Source: Phyllosticta citribraziliensis (lineage: Eukaryota). From it: a stretch of 64,000 nt of DNA. The position numbers were made by a program, and so were the translations under genes. The notes beneath the pieces are model-generated. The model was not told the DNA's origin. It saw nothing but the letters and a program-made list of their open reading frames with translations, and ran no database searches. Location: contig NW_027117344.1 of assembly GCF_038025025.1 (NCBI RefSeq), positions 1,984,001 to 2,048,000 of the forward strand, given 5' to 3'. Shown here in pieces: positions 1 to 12,182 of the stretch. Position 1 is the first letter of the stretch. Each line of letters begins with the position of its first letter.

Positions 1-1437
1 TGGGATCCCAAATCAGACCCATCAGACGCCTCGCGTTGGTCCAGCTTTTCGGTCAATCGCTAGTGGATCAGTCGGACCAGAACGTGAAGGCACTGAGCAG
101 CAGGGGCACACTCACGTAAGTCTCTTTCCCCGTGTAGAAGATGTCATTACTGAAGAGTCTAGGTTGATGATCGCATGGACATCGACCTGCCTGAGTATGG
201 CGACGAGATGATCATCCCCGACGGCGAACCTCTCTCCTCCGTCCGCGAACACCGAAGTTCCCCTGCCGCAGAACAGTCCATTCAAGACGTGGCTGTACAG
301 TCGTCCTCACCAGTCCAGGTTGCACCTCAGCGTCAGCGCAAGTCGCGCGCAATTCCTCTTGACACGACGATGGAATTGCGAAATACCGAATTAGTCGGCT
401 GGCAAAGAAACTACCTTCAGGACATGGCACAAGCAGCGCAGCACAAGCACAATCTTCGAGCGGCTGCCCAGGCAAAGAAGAACGCTGAATACTGGGTCTT
501 GGGACTTGGAATCGGCGGAATCGGCGCCATTACTGGTTCCACTGGCATCCCAGGTCCACTGGACATGTTCAAAGGTGAAGCGCTCCTTCGTACATTGGGT
601 ATACGGAGCGAACCTCCTGCCTCGAAGAAACGTGGGCACCCAATGTCGACGATAGAAGAGGAACCCCAGGGCCGTCGTGTTCGTCAACGCTCGGAAGAGG
701 ATGAACTTGGCCGCGGCAATGAAGACGATGTGGTCTTTCATGGAGACGAGGACATCGAAGTGGGTCGAGAGGCAGCAGAAGAGATCCAGTCTCAGTTATC
801 TCAACACTTCCCGTGGAGTGTTACTGCCTCAGCTCGCGCATCTTCCGTTGCTGCCAGCGCCCGCAATGCTCTTGGTTTCGGCGGACACGGCCTTCCTTCA
901 TCTGCCGCAGGTCCCAGCTCCATAGGGGTCGCTGGATCCCTTGGTCGCAGAGGTAGGCGCATGATAAGCGCCAGTCCACTTCATGGTCGCGGACCACGCG
1001 GCCTGGAAAATGCAGAGAATGAACAAGAGCCGGAAGAAGTCCTCGAAGAGACTCTGGGAGCATTCGATTCCGACATGGCAATCGACAATGACGAATTCGA
1101 GCTCTATGGAGCCGCAGCTGGCGTCGACACCCAAACCGCCAACCAGTCACAATTTGCTCACGCACAATTTGACCATCAAATGGTTCAATTTGGCGAATTC
1201 ATCTTCGAAACCATGCAGAAGAAGAAGGCCGGCGATGATGACGAAGCCGGCGAGGTCGACAAGCATGACGAGGTTCTGTTTGGAGAGCTCATTCGCCCGG
1301 AGTCAAACACCAAGACGGTAGCTGCTCAAGGCTTCATGCATCTACTGGGCCTCGCAACCCAGGGCCGCATCACCGTTCAACAAGACGAGCCATATTCGGA
1401 CATTGCCATCAGCCTTCCCTTTGCCGGTTCGCTCTAA
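1..1437 (+). CDS. rec8: Rad21/Rec8-family kleisin (meiotic cohesin Rec8-like), 5' end outside the window
   Basis: The C-terminus VLFGELIRPESNTKTVAAQGFMHLLGLATQGRITVQQDEPYSDI matches the Rad21/Rec8 C-terminal winged-helix. LRNTELVGWQRNYLQDM resembles fungal Rec8. A GTAAGT..TAG intron at 116-162 joins an open upstream frame (2-115) to ORF 175..1437. Confidence 0.8.
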
Positions 1438-1930
1438 TTGCCGATGTCCATCCCAGACAGTCAGACTGTCCTGTATTCACCTGCCCGGCCAAATTTGCTT
1501 CTGCAACTGTTTTCGACACTCCGGGACTTGCTTTTGTTTCTTTTTCCAATTTACCTTTGACTCGCGTGGCTTTTCCAAGGGCCAATACTGGAATCAGCTT
1601 TGCTACAGCTGCTTCGACATCATGGATTCGTAAAGACGTTTTTATCCGGGGTGCATGTCCAGCGCAAGGACCATACAACTACTGCAGGAGTTGCTTTCGG
1701 ATTCGCGGGGATGCGGTACGCCTCGCTGAGAGATTTTCGCTATTCGAGGTCATTGTGGCTAGCACAAGGACTACTACTAAAGTTGTTTCCGAGTTCGCGA
1801 GGGTTATGGGTCATGTCGGTGCCGATTCGAGGGCACGGTTTACTAAGGAGTTAGCTTTGCTGTAGCTACTTCAAGAATGATAAGCAGATTCATTTTCGGA
1901 TCGTGCATAGGCCTCTTGCTCTTCCCAAAT

Positions 1931-2872
1931 CTAATTTGCAAAGGCTTCGTCCTCGACCTCTTCCAACTCGACCTGTTTCAACTCCCTCTCAAACCGTTCC
2001 TCCTCTGCTCCGAGATCAGGATCGCCTTCAGCCTCTGCCGCGGCGTTCATCATGTTGAACTCAGCCTCCTCAATTGCCGCCTCAGCAGCCTGCTCCGCAT
2101 CCTCCTTGCTGCTCTGGACAATCTTCTCCTTCTCCTCTTGATTAGGCTGGTGGCCGACGGCACGATATCCCGACTTTTCCAATTTCTCCAGCTCCTCTGG
2201 CTCCAAGAGCTGTCCCGGTGTCTCGCCCTTTGCCGCTGCAACCTTTCGGGCCACCGCCGCGGGCATGAACCGTGATGTGGCCTCCTTTCTCAAATCCCGA
2301 TGCACAGGCGCAGACTCGTAGACTGTCTTGACTTCTGCGGGCTGTCCGGCTGGGGCGCCGGGCTTTGCAGGCAGCGCATGTGGGCCAGAGTGGGTCGTTT
2401 GGTTGTCGGTCCATCTCGGCCTGCGTGGGATAGGTGGTGGTGTGTCGCGCGGCATGGGAATGTCCCTGGCATCATCGTCCGTATCGCTGCTGTCGCTGCC
2501 GTCGCCCTTGTCGTAATTCCCACCCCTTCGCCTTTTGCCGAGTATGCCTCCCCCACGACCGCCGTCTCCGCTGTCCCTTCGCCTCTCGCTGTGGAATTGA
2601 GGAGCCTTGTCTCCGAGCGCCTCGCGAGCTTTCTTGATTGCTCGTAATTCTTTTTCGAGATTGTGTAGCGTCTCCCGGTCCTTGGGCCGCAGCTGGTTGC
2701 GCTCTTCGGCTGCCTTGAGGTCGTCTATTTGCCGTTGGAGTCGGTCGGGGTTGCGTTTCGCCAGACGCTCGTTGCGTTGCGCCTGGACATTGGCCTTTGA
2801 CTTTTTCAGGGCGCGAGCCTTGTCGGCCTTGTGTTGCGCTTGTACGGGATTGTAATTCTTTTCCTTTGCCAT
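1931..2872 (-). CDS. WW domain-binding protein 11 (Wbp11/Saf1)-like splicing factor
   Basis: N-terminal MAKEKNYNPVQAQHKADKARALKKSK..RNERLAKRNPDRLQRQIDDLK is the Wbp11 domain pattern. It is followed by Pro-rich DIPMPRDTPPPIPR and the YESAPVHRDLRKEATSRFMPAAV motif. Single exon, ATG at 2872. Confidence 0.8.
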   Translation of the reverse strand: MAKEKNYNPVQAQHKADKARALKKSKANVQAQRNERLAKRNPDRLQRQIDDLKAAEERNQLRPKDRETLHNLEKELRAIKKAREALGDKAPQFHSERRRDSGDGGRGGGILGKRRRGGNYDKGDGSDSSDTDDDARDIPMPRDTPPPIPRRPRWTDNQTTHSGPHALPAKPGAPAGQPAEVKTVYESAPVHRDLRKEATSRFMPAAVARKVAAAKGETPGQLLEPEELEKLEKSGYRAVGHQPNQEEKEKIVQSSKEDAEQAAEAAIEEAEFNMMNAAAEAEGDPDLGAEEERFERELKQVELEEVEDEAFAN

Positions 2873-3070
2873 GGCTGATTCGAAGTCGAGTGTTGTTGGA
2901 GTTTTGGGCTTGCGTGATGTGTGTAGGGAGCAGGTTTCCTGTCGACGTTCGGGGTCCAGCAAGATGACTTCATCCCACGGTTCCCACCTGACGACGCGCA
3001 CCCCTGTCGCGCGCCAAAGATTTCGTCAGAGCGTCCGCGCTCGACAACACCACACCTTCAACAACCCAAC

Positions 3071-5666
3071 ATGGCCGACAAGCGCAAACAGCCTCCCACT
3101 GCCCAGCAAAATACGAACAACGGCCGCCAGAAGAAACGCGCTCGAACCCGCGATGCTCGTCAAATCGCTGCGCAAGCCACCGGCACAGCGTTCAAGAACG
3201 GCGAGATCGATGTCGACAAATTCGTGAAAGCGCGACAATTTGAGATCAAGGCTCTCGAGGATGGCATGAGAAATGCACGCAAAGGCTTGAGCACGAGGGC
3301 ATTCCAGGGCGTTCCGAGAGAGCTCAGAAGGAGGACAGCGAGCCACAATGTCAAGAGGGTGCCCAAGAGATTGAGGCCGAGGGCCGCAAGAGAGGTACAT
3401 TTGCCCATGGCATCTCAAGAATCTTCTGACTTTCCTCTCACAGATGGCAGAGGATAACACACCTACGGTTCAGTCGAGACGGAGAAAACCCAGCGGTCAT
3501 ATGCGGTTGAGGTTGGACAACGTCAAGAGGCTGCAGACGCTCAGCGCCAGGGCCAAGACGAAAACGAAGAAAGGCCCTGATGCCATGGATGTCGGGGAAG
3601 ATGCTATCGACAGGATACAGACCAGGAAAGCTCGTGTAAAGACGCAACACCTGAAGAACCCTCCGACTCCACCGGCAAGGTATCGAAAACGACAGCTAAA
3701 CAAACAATGGCTTCCCACGCACATATTCCACACCAAACGAGCCCACATGACAGCTCCAAAGGAACCATTGTGGCGCTTTGCAATCCCGCTGTCACCAACG
3801 CTCAAGTGTTACAGACCCACGCACAGAGCAAGCGTGACGAGGGGCGCGGTAGCTTGGGACATGAGCTACATGTCGACCATTGGCTTGCGGGGAAAAGAGG
3901 AAAACATTCAAAACATGCTAAAAGATTTGGGTATTGGAGATGCGCATGACCCAGAGGGACTCTGGCAAACAAAGGGCGAGAAATGGAGAAACGGGTCAAG
4001 AGCGTGGTCGGGTTGGGTACTTGAAAAAAGCGCGTCCTTACAAAAGCCAATTGCTCCAGTCACGATTGTTTGGCGGTCGATGTCGACAAAAGATGATGGG
4101 AAGAGTAGCGCCCAAGCTTCCAGCAGACCCCAGAAGAGGAGCCTGTTGATTCGCGTCCATCCTTCGGCATTCATGCAATTGTGGGATCACATTCGCAAGC
4201 TGAATGCTCCAGTCACGGTCGAAGATTTGCGCTTCGAGATTGGAAGCATCGAGATCACCGGTCCTGGCGCAACCGAAGCTTTGATTGGTATTTTATCCCC
4301 TGTTGCGCAAGCAGATGTTGACGGCACTCCCGAGGCCGTCTGGAAACAGCTAGGAGCATTGAATAACTTGGGTCACCTACCTGCCGGTGCGCTGCTTGGA
4401 TTCGAAGTCTCGGATCCGCGACTGCATCATCCACCAAGGACGGTAGCGCCTTTGAACACCAAAGACTCGCATTCTCGTCTTCTCACCACTCTTGCGGAAT
4501 GGCCCCTTGACCGCACACAAACCCCACCGACTGTTTTCGACAGGTCTGTCCGTCTCGCAGCCCAGCGTTCTCTCCCTAGCCAAAAGTCCATCAACCGGCG
4601 CAAGGCTGTCGCAAAACCTGGCTCCTACCCCGAACCTAAATCCTCTGACCCAAAGATTCCACTCCTACTCTTTGCTTCGCGCGGAAATGGAGCAAACGCT
4701 GGTACATGGACTGTGCTCTTGCCTTGGAAATGCGTCAATGCCGTATGGAACAGCCTCATGTACTATCCGCTGTCCACGGGAGGCAACGTCAGATTCGGAG
4801 GCTTGGATCAAAAGAGACAACTTGCCTTTGAGGCTGGTGTTCCATGGTTCCCTGGCGATTTTCCTGGCACCGAGGCCGGAATGAAGTGGGACGAGTTGGA
4901 GACACAAAGACGGCACGCCGACTGGGAGAAGAGACCAAAGGGAAAACGAGTCGCATGGGAGAGTGTGAGACTGGGCGAGGGCAAAAAGGGCGAGGTTGGA
5001 AGAGGCTGGGCGTGCGATTGGGAATTGCTGATGGACAGGGGGCCTGGTAAGTTTTGGTTAAACCAACTGGCGACATCGTGGTGTTAACTGAATCCAGCGG
5101 ATGCATCAAAGAGGCTGTGCCATCTATCGTCACAAGCTGCGTCTAGAGCTTTGGCCGCGGAGTCTCCATTTCTTCCCAACCACCAAATCGCGGTTTTCAA
5201 CATCAAACTGACGATCGTCACCCGCGGTACACCAACCACCTGTGCTCGCATCTATCGTCTTCCCAGAGATCAAGAGGCGCGCAACAAGTGGCTGTCGCTG
5301 CTTCCAGGTCCCAAATCCAAAAATAACCGACACAAGAAAGCCGCCCGACGACAACCTCGTCCGGGCACATCGTCACTAGAAGTCGAGGCATATCTTGCAT
5401 CCACCCTCGTCGATCCATCTCACGATCCTTTCCAGGCGGGCACCGGTGACTATCCCCCAATTCCGGACCAGGAAGACCTGATCGGCTTCATTACTGCAGG
5501 GAATTACAATCTCAGTGAGGGGCGAGCAACTGGGGTTGGAAATCTAGCCATGGAGAGAATTTTGGGGACCTGGAAGAGCTCCAACGCCTCTGAGAGAACG
5601 TTGTGCATCGTCCGGAACGCAGGAGAATCTATCGGGAGGCTGGCAAAGTGGGAATTCGCAGAGTAA
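3071..5666 (+). CDS. POP1: RNase P/MRP protein subunit Pop1
   Basis: Contains the POP1 R-box RAFQGVPRELRRRTASHNVKRVP, the W-box WLPTHIFHTKRAHM, and the POPLD-region motifs WTVLLPW and FPGDFPGT. Introns 3395-3443 and 5047-5097 join ORFs 3071, 3444 and 5151 in frame. Confidence 0.93.
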
Positions 5667-8600
5667 AGCACGTCGAGTAAGTCGCCATCAAGGGGACAGC
5701 CAAAGAATTCAACTTCCACGCAACAGCCTTTCGTCCCTGAATTTCGAGATCGACAAAGTCCACATCCTCTACACCATTGATCGAGATTCGCAAGTCCAGA
5801 TGGGTCCACTGTGCGAAGAGACTGTGGCGCAGCATTTAATAGTTCCTGGAAAGGATGTCAGTCCCTTGTTAGCCCCACCCGCGTGAAGCGAAGACGCATT
5901 CGATGATCCTCTAGCTTGGAAAGTGGCTCTCCGTTGCGGCCGTACCGAGTAGCTCTGATCAACATCACGTTCTCATTAACTCGGCCAGGAAGTACTGGTG
6001 AATTCAAAAACCCCCTCAGTCTTTGCTTCAAACAAAACAACATCATCCCGTTCCGCATGACCTGCCTCCAGCAACGGCTTTCCAGACCAGACAACCACAG
6101 GCCGACGATTGGCCAGATGGGAAAATCAGGTGGTTGGCGAAGGGAACAATAGATGCCCTTGCAAATCTATGTTTACCGCCGCCGGAAAGATTCCACCCCG
6201 GTCCTGGAGGCAAGATAGAGTTGAGGTCAATGCGGAGCAAGAGCTTATTTTTACCCCCAGCCTTTTACCCAGCACTCACAGGACTGCCATTTGATTTGCT
6301 TGGACGAGCTCGCCGGCGCTTGCTGCAGCAACAATGCAGGCTCATGACATCGCGTGCGCGGAGACAGTTTCGAAACCCCAAGGATTACACACCAGACTCG
6401 GACATCCTTTGCGGACTGGGGTGTTTTTGCGCAAACAAGGTTCGGAAAAGCCGACCAGGTAACGATACCTGCCACTCGAGGCTCGCAATCACGCCTGCGA
6501 TTCAAAAGACTCCTTGGTAAACCCGTCTGGCTGGGCATCCATGCCTGAGCTTTTTCCTGGATCAAGACCTTGTGCCTTTTGTCAAGACCGCCTGCACCCA
6601 CCACCGGCGGCTTCCCCCGTGCTTCCCCGGCACCATTCAGTCACCATTGCACGGGATCGACATGGAAGCGCGGGTGGCCCCGAGTGCATATTCTTGTCTG
6701 TGTTGACATGTAGGATGAGTGACCCCGCAGCATGTCTTCTCAACGATTATATTGTTCTCGCCCAAAGAGGTCGACCATGCGCAGCGCCGGGATACATCGG
6801 AACTGGTGACGTCTTACAAAAAGAATCCGCCACATTCGACAGATAGCATGCAAAATGGTCGATACTCTGGGAAAGATTACTCGCGCCGACCTCGAAGCTG
6901 GGACGAAGTTTTTCGAAAAAATTCCTTTTCAAGCTGCAGCAACGATTCATTCAGTCAATGCATGACCAAGGGTCCAGACAAGCTCCAGAGTCAGCTGCAG
7001 TGAAGCACCAAGCGACGACCCTGTCTCGGGATGCAGCAGTGGTCAAGCATGCAGTTATGCAGAACATGGATCGGCACTTTTACAACCGAACGTGAAACTT
7101 CTCTTGACTCTGGTATAGTTTGTTGGGTGTGGGGCCAGAAAATGACGAATAGCACGACGGCATTTTGTGTCCGAGGAGCACCCTTTCGAAGCCTGACCAG
7201 GCTGAAAACTTTCTGGGTTGCTGGATATCCGTACGGACGCCTCGAAAATGGGGCCCAAGTGGTTTTTTCAGCTCCGGTCGCAAGTCTAATGCTTTGCATA
7301 GCCTTGCATTGGCCGCCTCCGCGGCACGAGTATCGACTGAGCCGCAGCCTTTGCTGTGAACATCCGCGACCAATTGCAAACATTGCAGATATTACGAGCC
7401 CACCAACTCAGTGGACCCGTGATCAATTGGAAAACACACTTCCGACGAGCAAACTGGCTGAGCTACGCGAAGATGTTCGACTCTACGCTGCTGTCGGTTT
7501 TGAACACCGATCGAACGTCCGTTGCCCAGCAAAATCTCGAACAATCTGTCCGATGACGATGACGGCGAGCCACTGGCTTGGTGTTTGGTATGCACGAAAT
7601 GTTTACAGTCAAACACCATCGAGCCGGGAATCGCAAGCACCTCTCCAGCCGTGTCTCGGTGCGAACCGCCTGAGATAAGGCTCCCTGGAACCAACCTAAT
7701 ATCTCGTCGACTCGAGGCGGAGCTGGTACCGTGCGCCCCATGTTTTGCAGCCAGAAGATGTTGAGCAGTCTCTTTGAAGGATTGCTGCGCCTTTCATTGG
7801 TCGCCAAGGCATGTTGGTCAAACTCGGAGCACTCAGTTTCAAACATGTTTGGCAGTGCAACCTACGTCGCTACGTGCCGTGGGGAAGCTGTCGTGCCGAG
7901 GACCCTTTTTGACGGACGAGACCAATTGGGTCGCAAGAAAATACCAAAAAGCCCATGCACGGAAAGAGGTTCAAGAATAGAAATTGATGCCTTGACTGCG
8001 TAGAATCCAGCACATGAGCCTCGGCAAGGCAAAAAGTTTTCGTCTTTGAGGTCTTATCTCGTCCTCGACAATCCGGCAAAATGGTACCTCTCAGTTTCAG
8101 ATCATGGGGCTGATCTACTTAGCATCTTGCTTTGCGCAGTCAACAGTTCCTTGGCCATCTCTTGGGAAACACGAACTTGATATTGGCCGGCGATCACTTC
8201 GGACAAGAAGCATTCTGATTTGGCAGCGAGAGGCGTCAATGAATCGCGTCTTGCATGTCACTCAAGTTTGGGCCCAAATCATCAGATACTTGCGTCCGTT
8301 CTGCCCAAGAAAAAGAGCACCATCACAGCTGATCAATGTGACTTAGACTACCGCCGAGCGACGAGTCATGATCGACGTAGGCTGAAGAAGGGAGGAGGAA
8401 AATTCTTTCACGACTTGCCCCCGCATGTCCGACACTGGACCCGCTACCCCAGCTTCCGCCCGGGAGATCGTCAGCTCCGAATGAGCTTGTCCGGGGACCC
8501 TAGCACAGCACATTTTTTCTGGACACGCAGTCGACGACGTTGGAGTCGGCAAAACTTGAACGACCTGTCAGGCAGCATTGACGACAAACCTGGCGACTAT

Positions 8601-10887
8601 GTGGAGGGTAAAGATGACGAAAATATTGGATGGGATGCAAGTTTTTCCAAAAAGGCGTTTGGCAGATGAACTCAGCAGACCAAGCAAGGACAAGGTCGTT
8701 TGACATCCTGGATGCTTCTATTTGGGCTGTCCCCGCGAATAACAAGTCAAGGACGATTTGCGAGCATGTTTGTCAAAGTCTACGAGACAAACAAGTCGAC
8801 GTCGACTCGCTCGAAAACCTCCCATCCTCAGTTCGACTTGCGATCACGTTGACAACGAATGGGACGCCTATCACTTATTAAAAGCGACCGCTTGCCATTC
8901 TCGTCATTCTCAAACACAGCAAGTTGGCATCAGTCCAAGCTATAATAGTCTGGGCATCACCGGGATGGTGAGGTTCTCGGCGTATCAGGCATCAACCTGG
9001 CCTCAATCTTAGGTGCCGAACTGCCGATCACTCACCACAAGGCATCTAGATTCAGCGTCAGTCTCGTTCCGTAGAGAGCCGAATGCGTCGCGAGTCAGCA
9101 GTTCGACCTGTTGACCCTCTGACGAGAAGCCGACATGCCATGCATTTGTAGCGTCAAGAGGTCTGCATCTACACTTGAAACACAGCTTTTGCAAACTCCA
9201 GGATCATCACACCACCGCGAGACAGGGGTCAGACGTGGACACGTCCGGATGAGGTAGACTTTGCAAATGTCAGCTTCAGCAGCAAGACGACCGGGGTTTT
9301 GGGAGAGTACAACAATATCACCAAACGCATCCGAATCCCACAGACCAGATGGTGAGGGTCTCACAGCATAGGGAGTGAGGACGGTACTGCAGGAACGCTC
9401 GGGTGCACCGAGGCTGTCTCCCAGGATGTGGCCCCAGGCGAGGAGCAGCGGTTGGGTCGAATTCTTCCGACATCCAGTTTGGGAACTGTATGCATGCCCT
9501 GGGTGCATACGGACCAGCCTGACAAGATGAAACTCGACGATCTGGCAGGATCTTCGTGGACAAGACGGGCACGACAGCCAAAAGCGGCAGTTGAGCCTAG
9601 GTTGCATTTTCCCAGCAAAAAGACCCCACTGGTCAATTGCATCGAGATAGTTTGGCGCGACCCCTCTCTCAAGCGTTGAGAACCCGGCTACGAGCAAAGC
9701 AAGCCAAGGCGAAGCAAGCGATCCGAGAGCATCGTGGAGAAGGGCGTTTGCACGACTTGACGGTGTGGTCCACCAATGCAAGGAGCATGTGATGGGCAAC
9801 CTAGGCTCTTCCCTGCGCGTCGCTGGAGACGCGAAGCTCGTGGGCCTGACACGACGGGGGGACGACGAAGGATCCGATCCTGGAGTAGCGGTGGCGAGCA
9901 TAGCTACCTACGGCGAGAAAATGCTTCGAGAGCGAGAGTGGAATGGGTGCGGCGCAGCACATGTGTACAAACTCCGGCCATCGCCGTGTGTTGGTTCCAA
10001 GAGGACGAGGGGGTCCCAGAGAGCGAGCGAGAGTCGAGGTTGTGGTTGTGTCCGGCGAGAGGGATGTTCCGCCGAGCTCGCTCCAGTCTCGCGTCCAGCT
10101 CCAAAGCCAAATCCCACGTCCGTCAGCATCTACAACAACCCTCATCCATCCCGCACATCGCTCTGCAGCGCCGCCACCGTCGGCCAGGGATATGTGACAC
10201 CTCCTGCCACAAGCAGCCAAGATCAGCCCCGTTGGCCATGGATCAGGGCCCCTGCTCCAATCACCACCACCGCGGCGGCGGGCTGCCCTGCTCGACTGCG
10301 CTGGGCCCGAGGGAGAGGCTTGGACCTCGTCGCCACACTACCATCAGATTGCCTTATTATCAGCAGCGCGCGAAGGATGCTCACTTGCTGCGAGAATAAG
10401 GTTACAGCCTCTAGGCCACTCGGAGCTGGCGGCCGCGCTGACGCTCGCATTACCAATTACCGTCTTTTTCACCAGACCTAGTGCTGGGTACCTCCACTTC
10501 GTATTGATTGGCCCAGGAAACGTGTAGTCCACTCGTCCTTGCGCCTAAATCTATGTCCTGGTTAGATTTCCGCCCCCCCGCTTGCTCCTTGGCCTGGCCA
10601 TTTTAGAAGAAATAGCTCCAAGCCGCCAGCGCGTTGTTCCTGAGAAAACACATCCCTCGAGGCTGCTAGCACAATCTGCGTTACTGCCTCTACATCAAAC
10701 TTGGTTTTCGGACGGTCCCACCCTCCCGGATGACCGGCTCAATAGTTAATGCGATTACCACGCTCATCTGGATTTCCGATTAGAGTCTATGGCTGTGGGG
10801 TCTCTCGTAGCACACAAGCACCGCCGTCACCACCTCTTCCCTAACCGAAGCATCAGCGTCGTGTCCCCAGGGTCTTTGCACCAAGGA

Positions 10888-12182
10888 ATGTCATATAATC
10901 CGTCTGGCCCGGTTTCGGTCACGAGGGTTGCGCAGCCGCTGGACCATTCTTTTGGCTTGAATGGACTTGGTCCTGACCATTCCCCTGGACCTCACGCCTT
11001 CTCCAACCACGCCCTCGACGAAGCTGTAAAGAAGCGCAAATCGTCCAAAGGAAGCATTTCGTCCCTTTCGTCTTTTGAACGGACGTCGACTACGCCGCAC
11101 ATGAGGTCTCTTTCTTTGGGGGAATCGAGCTCGATCTCTCCCAACTCTGACAAACGGCGCAACAAACTCGGTTATCATCGCACTTCTGTCGCGTGTGGTA
11201 TGTTCCCGTTCCCACTTTCCTCTTTTTGCTTGACACTGACATGGTTACAGGCCATTGCAGACGGAGGAAAATCAGATGCCTGTTGGCTCCTGACGACCCG
11301 CAAGGACGATGTTCAAACTGTATCCGGCTGAAAAAGGAGTGCAATTTTTACCCGGTGGAACAGCAAAACTCGAACGAGTCTCGAGCACAATCGGCGAAAA
11401 GAAGCAGTATTTCACATATCCCTTCATCGTCAACTTCTTCATCACCTCGTGGCTCCATTCCCACTGGACATGAACACTTCGAGGAGTACGGTTCTTTTCA
11501 ATCCATCCCTCCTGACGCACCACCTGGCTATCCAGTGCCCAATCACATGGATGGACCTGTAGATATTAAAGCTCATCACGGTGGTAGGTACTGACGCTCT
11601 CTTCGCAACATTTGCTGACTTGCGGCAGTGATTCCCCAATCTGAATTTCCATATTCCCCCTCGTTTGATTTTCAAGGCTGGAATCAAAACTATGCCGGAC
11701 ACACGCCGTCAGACGGACAATCCGACGCCTCTTCGATCGCCTACTGGTCCTCATCCGGGCCGCCGGTCTCGTCGGCTTCGCCTTTTGTTCACGATCCCAT
11801 GAGCATGCCCACGCAAATGGAGGCGCAAGTCCCTCCGCACCATTTCCCTGGACATGAGCAACCTGTCTGGCCCGGGTTGCAGAGATCAATGTCTTACGGC
11901 GGTCCGGAGACTTTTTCGCAAGATCCGCGGTTTCAAAATGGCCTTCCAGTGCATGGGCAACGACACTCGGCGCATGACATTCCGACCATGGAGCCTTCGC
12001 AGGACCCTGAGCACTTGAGTCACAGTCCAATGCCCCCGAATTGGCAACCTTTCGTAAGCGTACCTGAAGGAACACAGCCTGGCCCTGTACAGCCTTATAA
12101 TGGTCATTGGTACCCTGAGCCGCAAGGCCTTGGTTCGGTGGAGGAGGAACACAATCTTTCAACTCCTTATCGTCCATTTTAA
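10888..12182 (+). CDS. Zn(II)2Cys6 transcription factor with a short Pro/Gln/Ser-rich C-terminus
   Basis: The spliced product gives KRRNKLGYHRTSVACGHCRRRKIRCLLAPDDPQGRCSNCIRLKKECNF. Introns at 11198-11250 and 11584-11628. The start could alternatively be the in-frame ATG at 10789. Confidence 0.88.

Noticed and set aside
9095..10481. Overlapping 200-270 aa ORFs on both strands
   Set aside because: No motifs or codon bias. Typical of GC-rich promoter/leader DNA.
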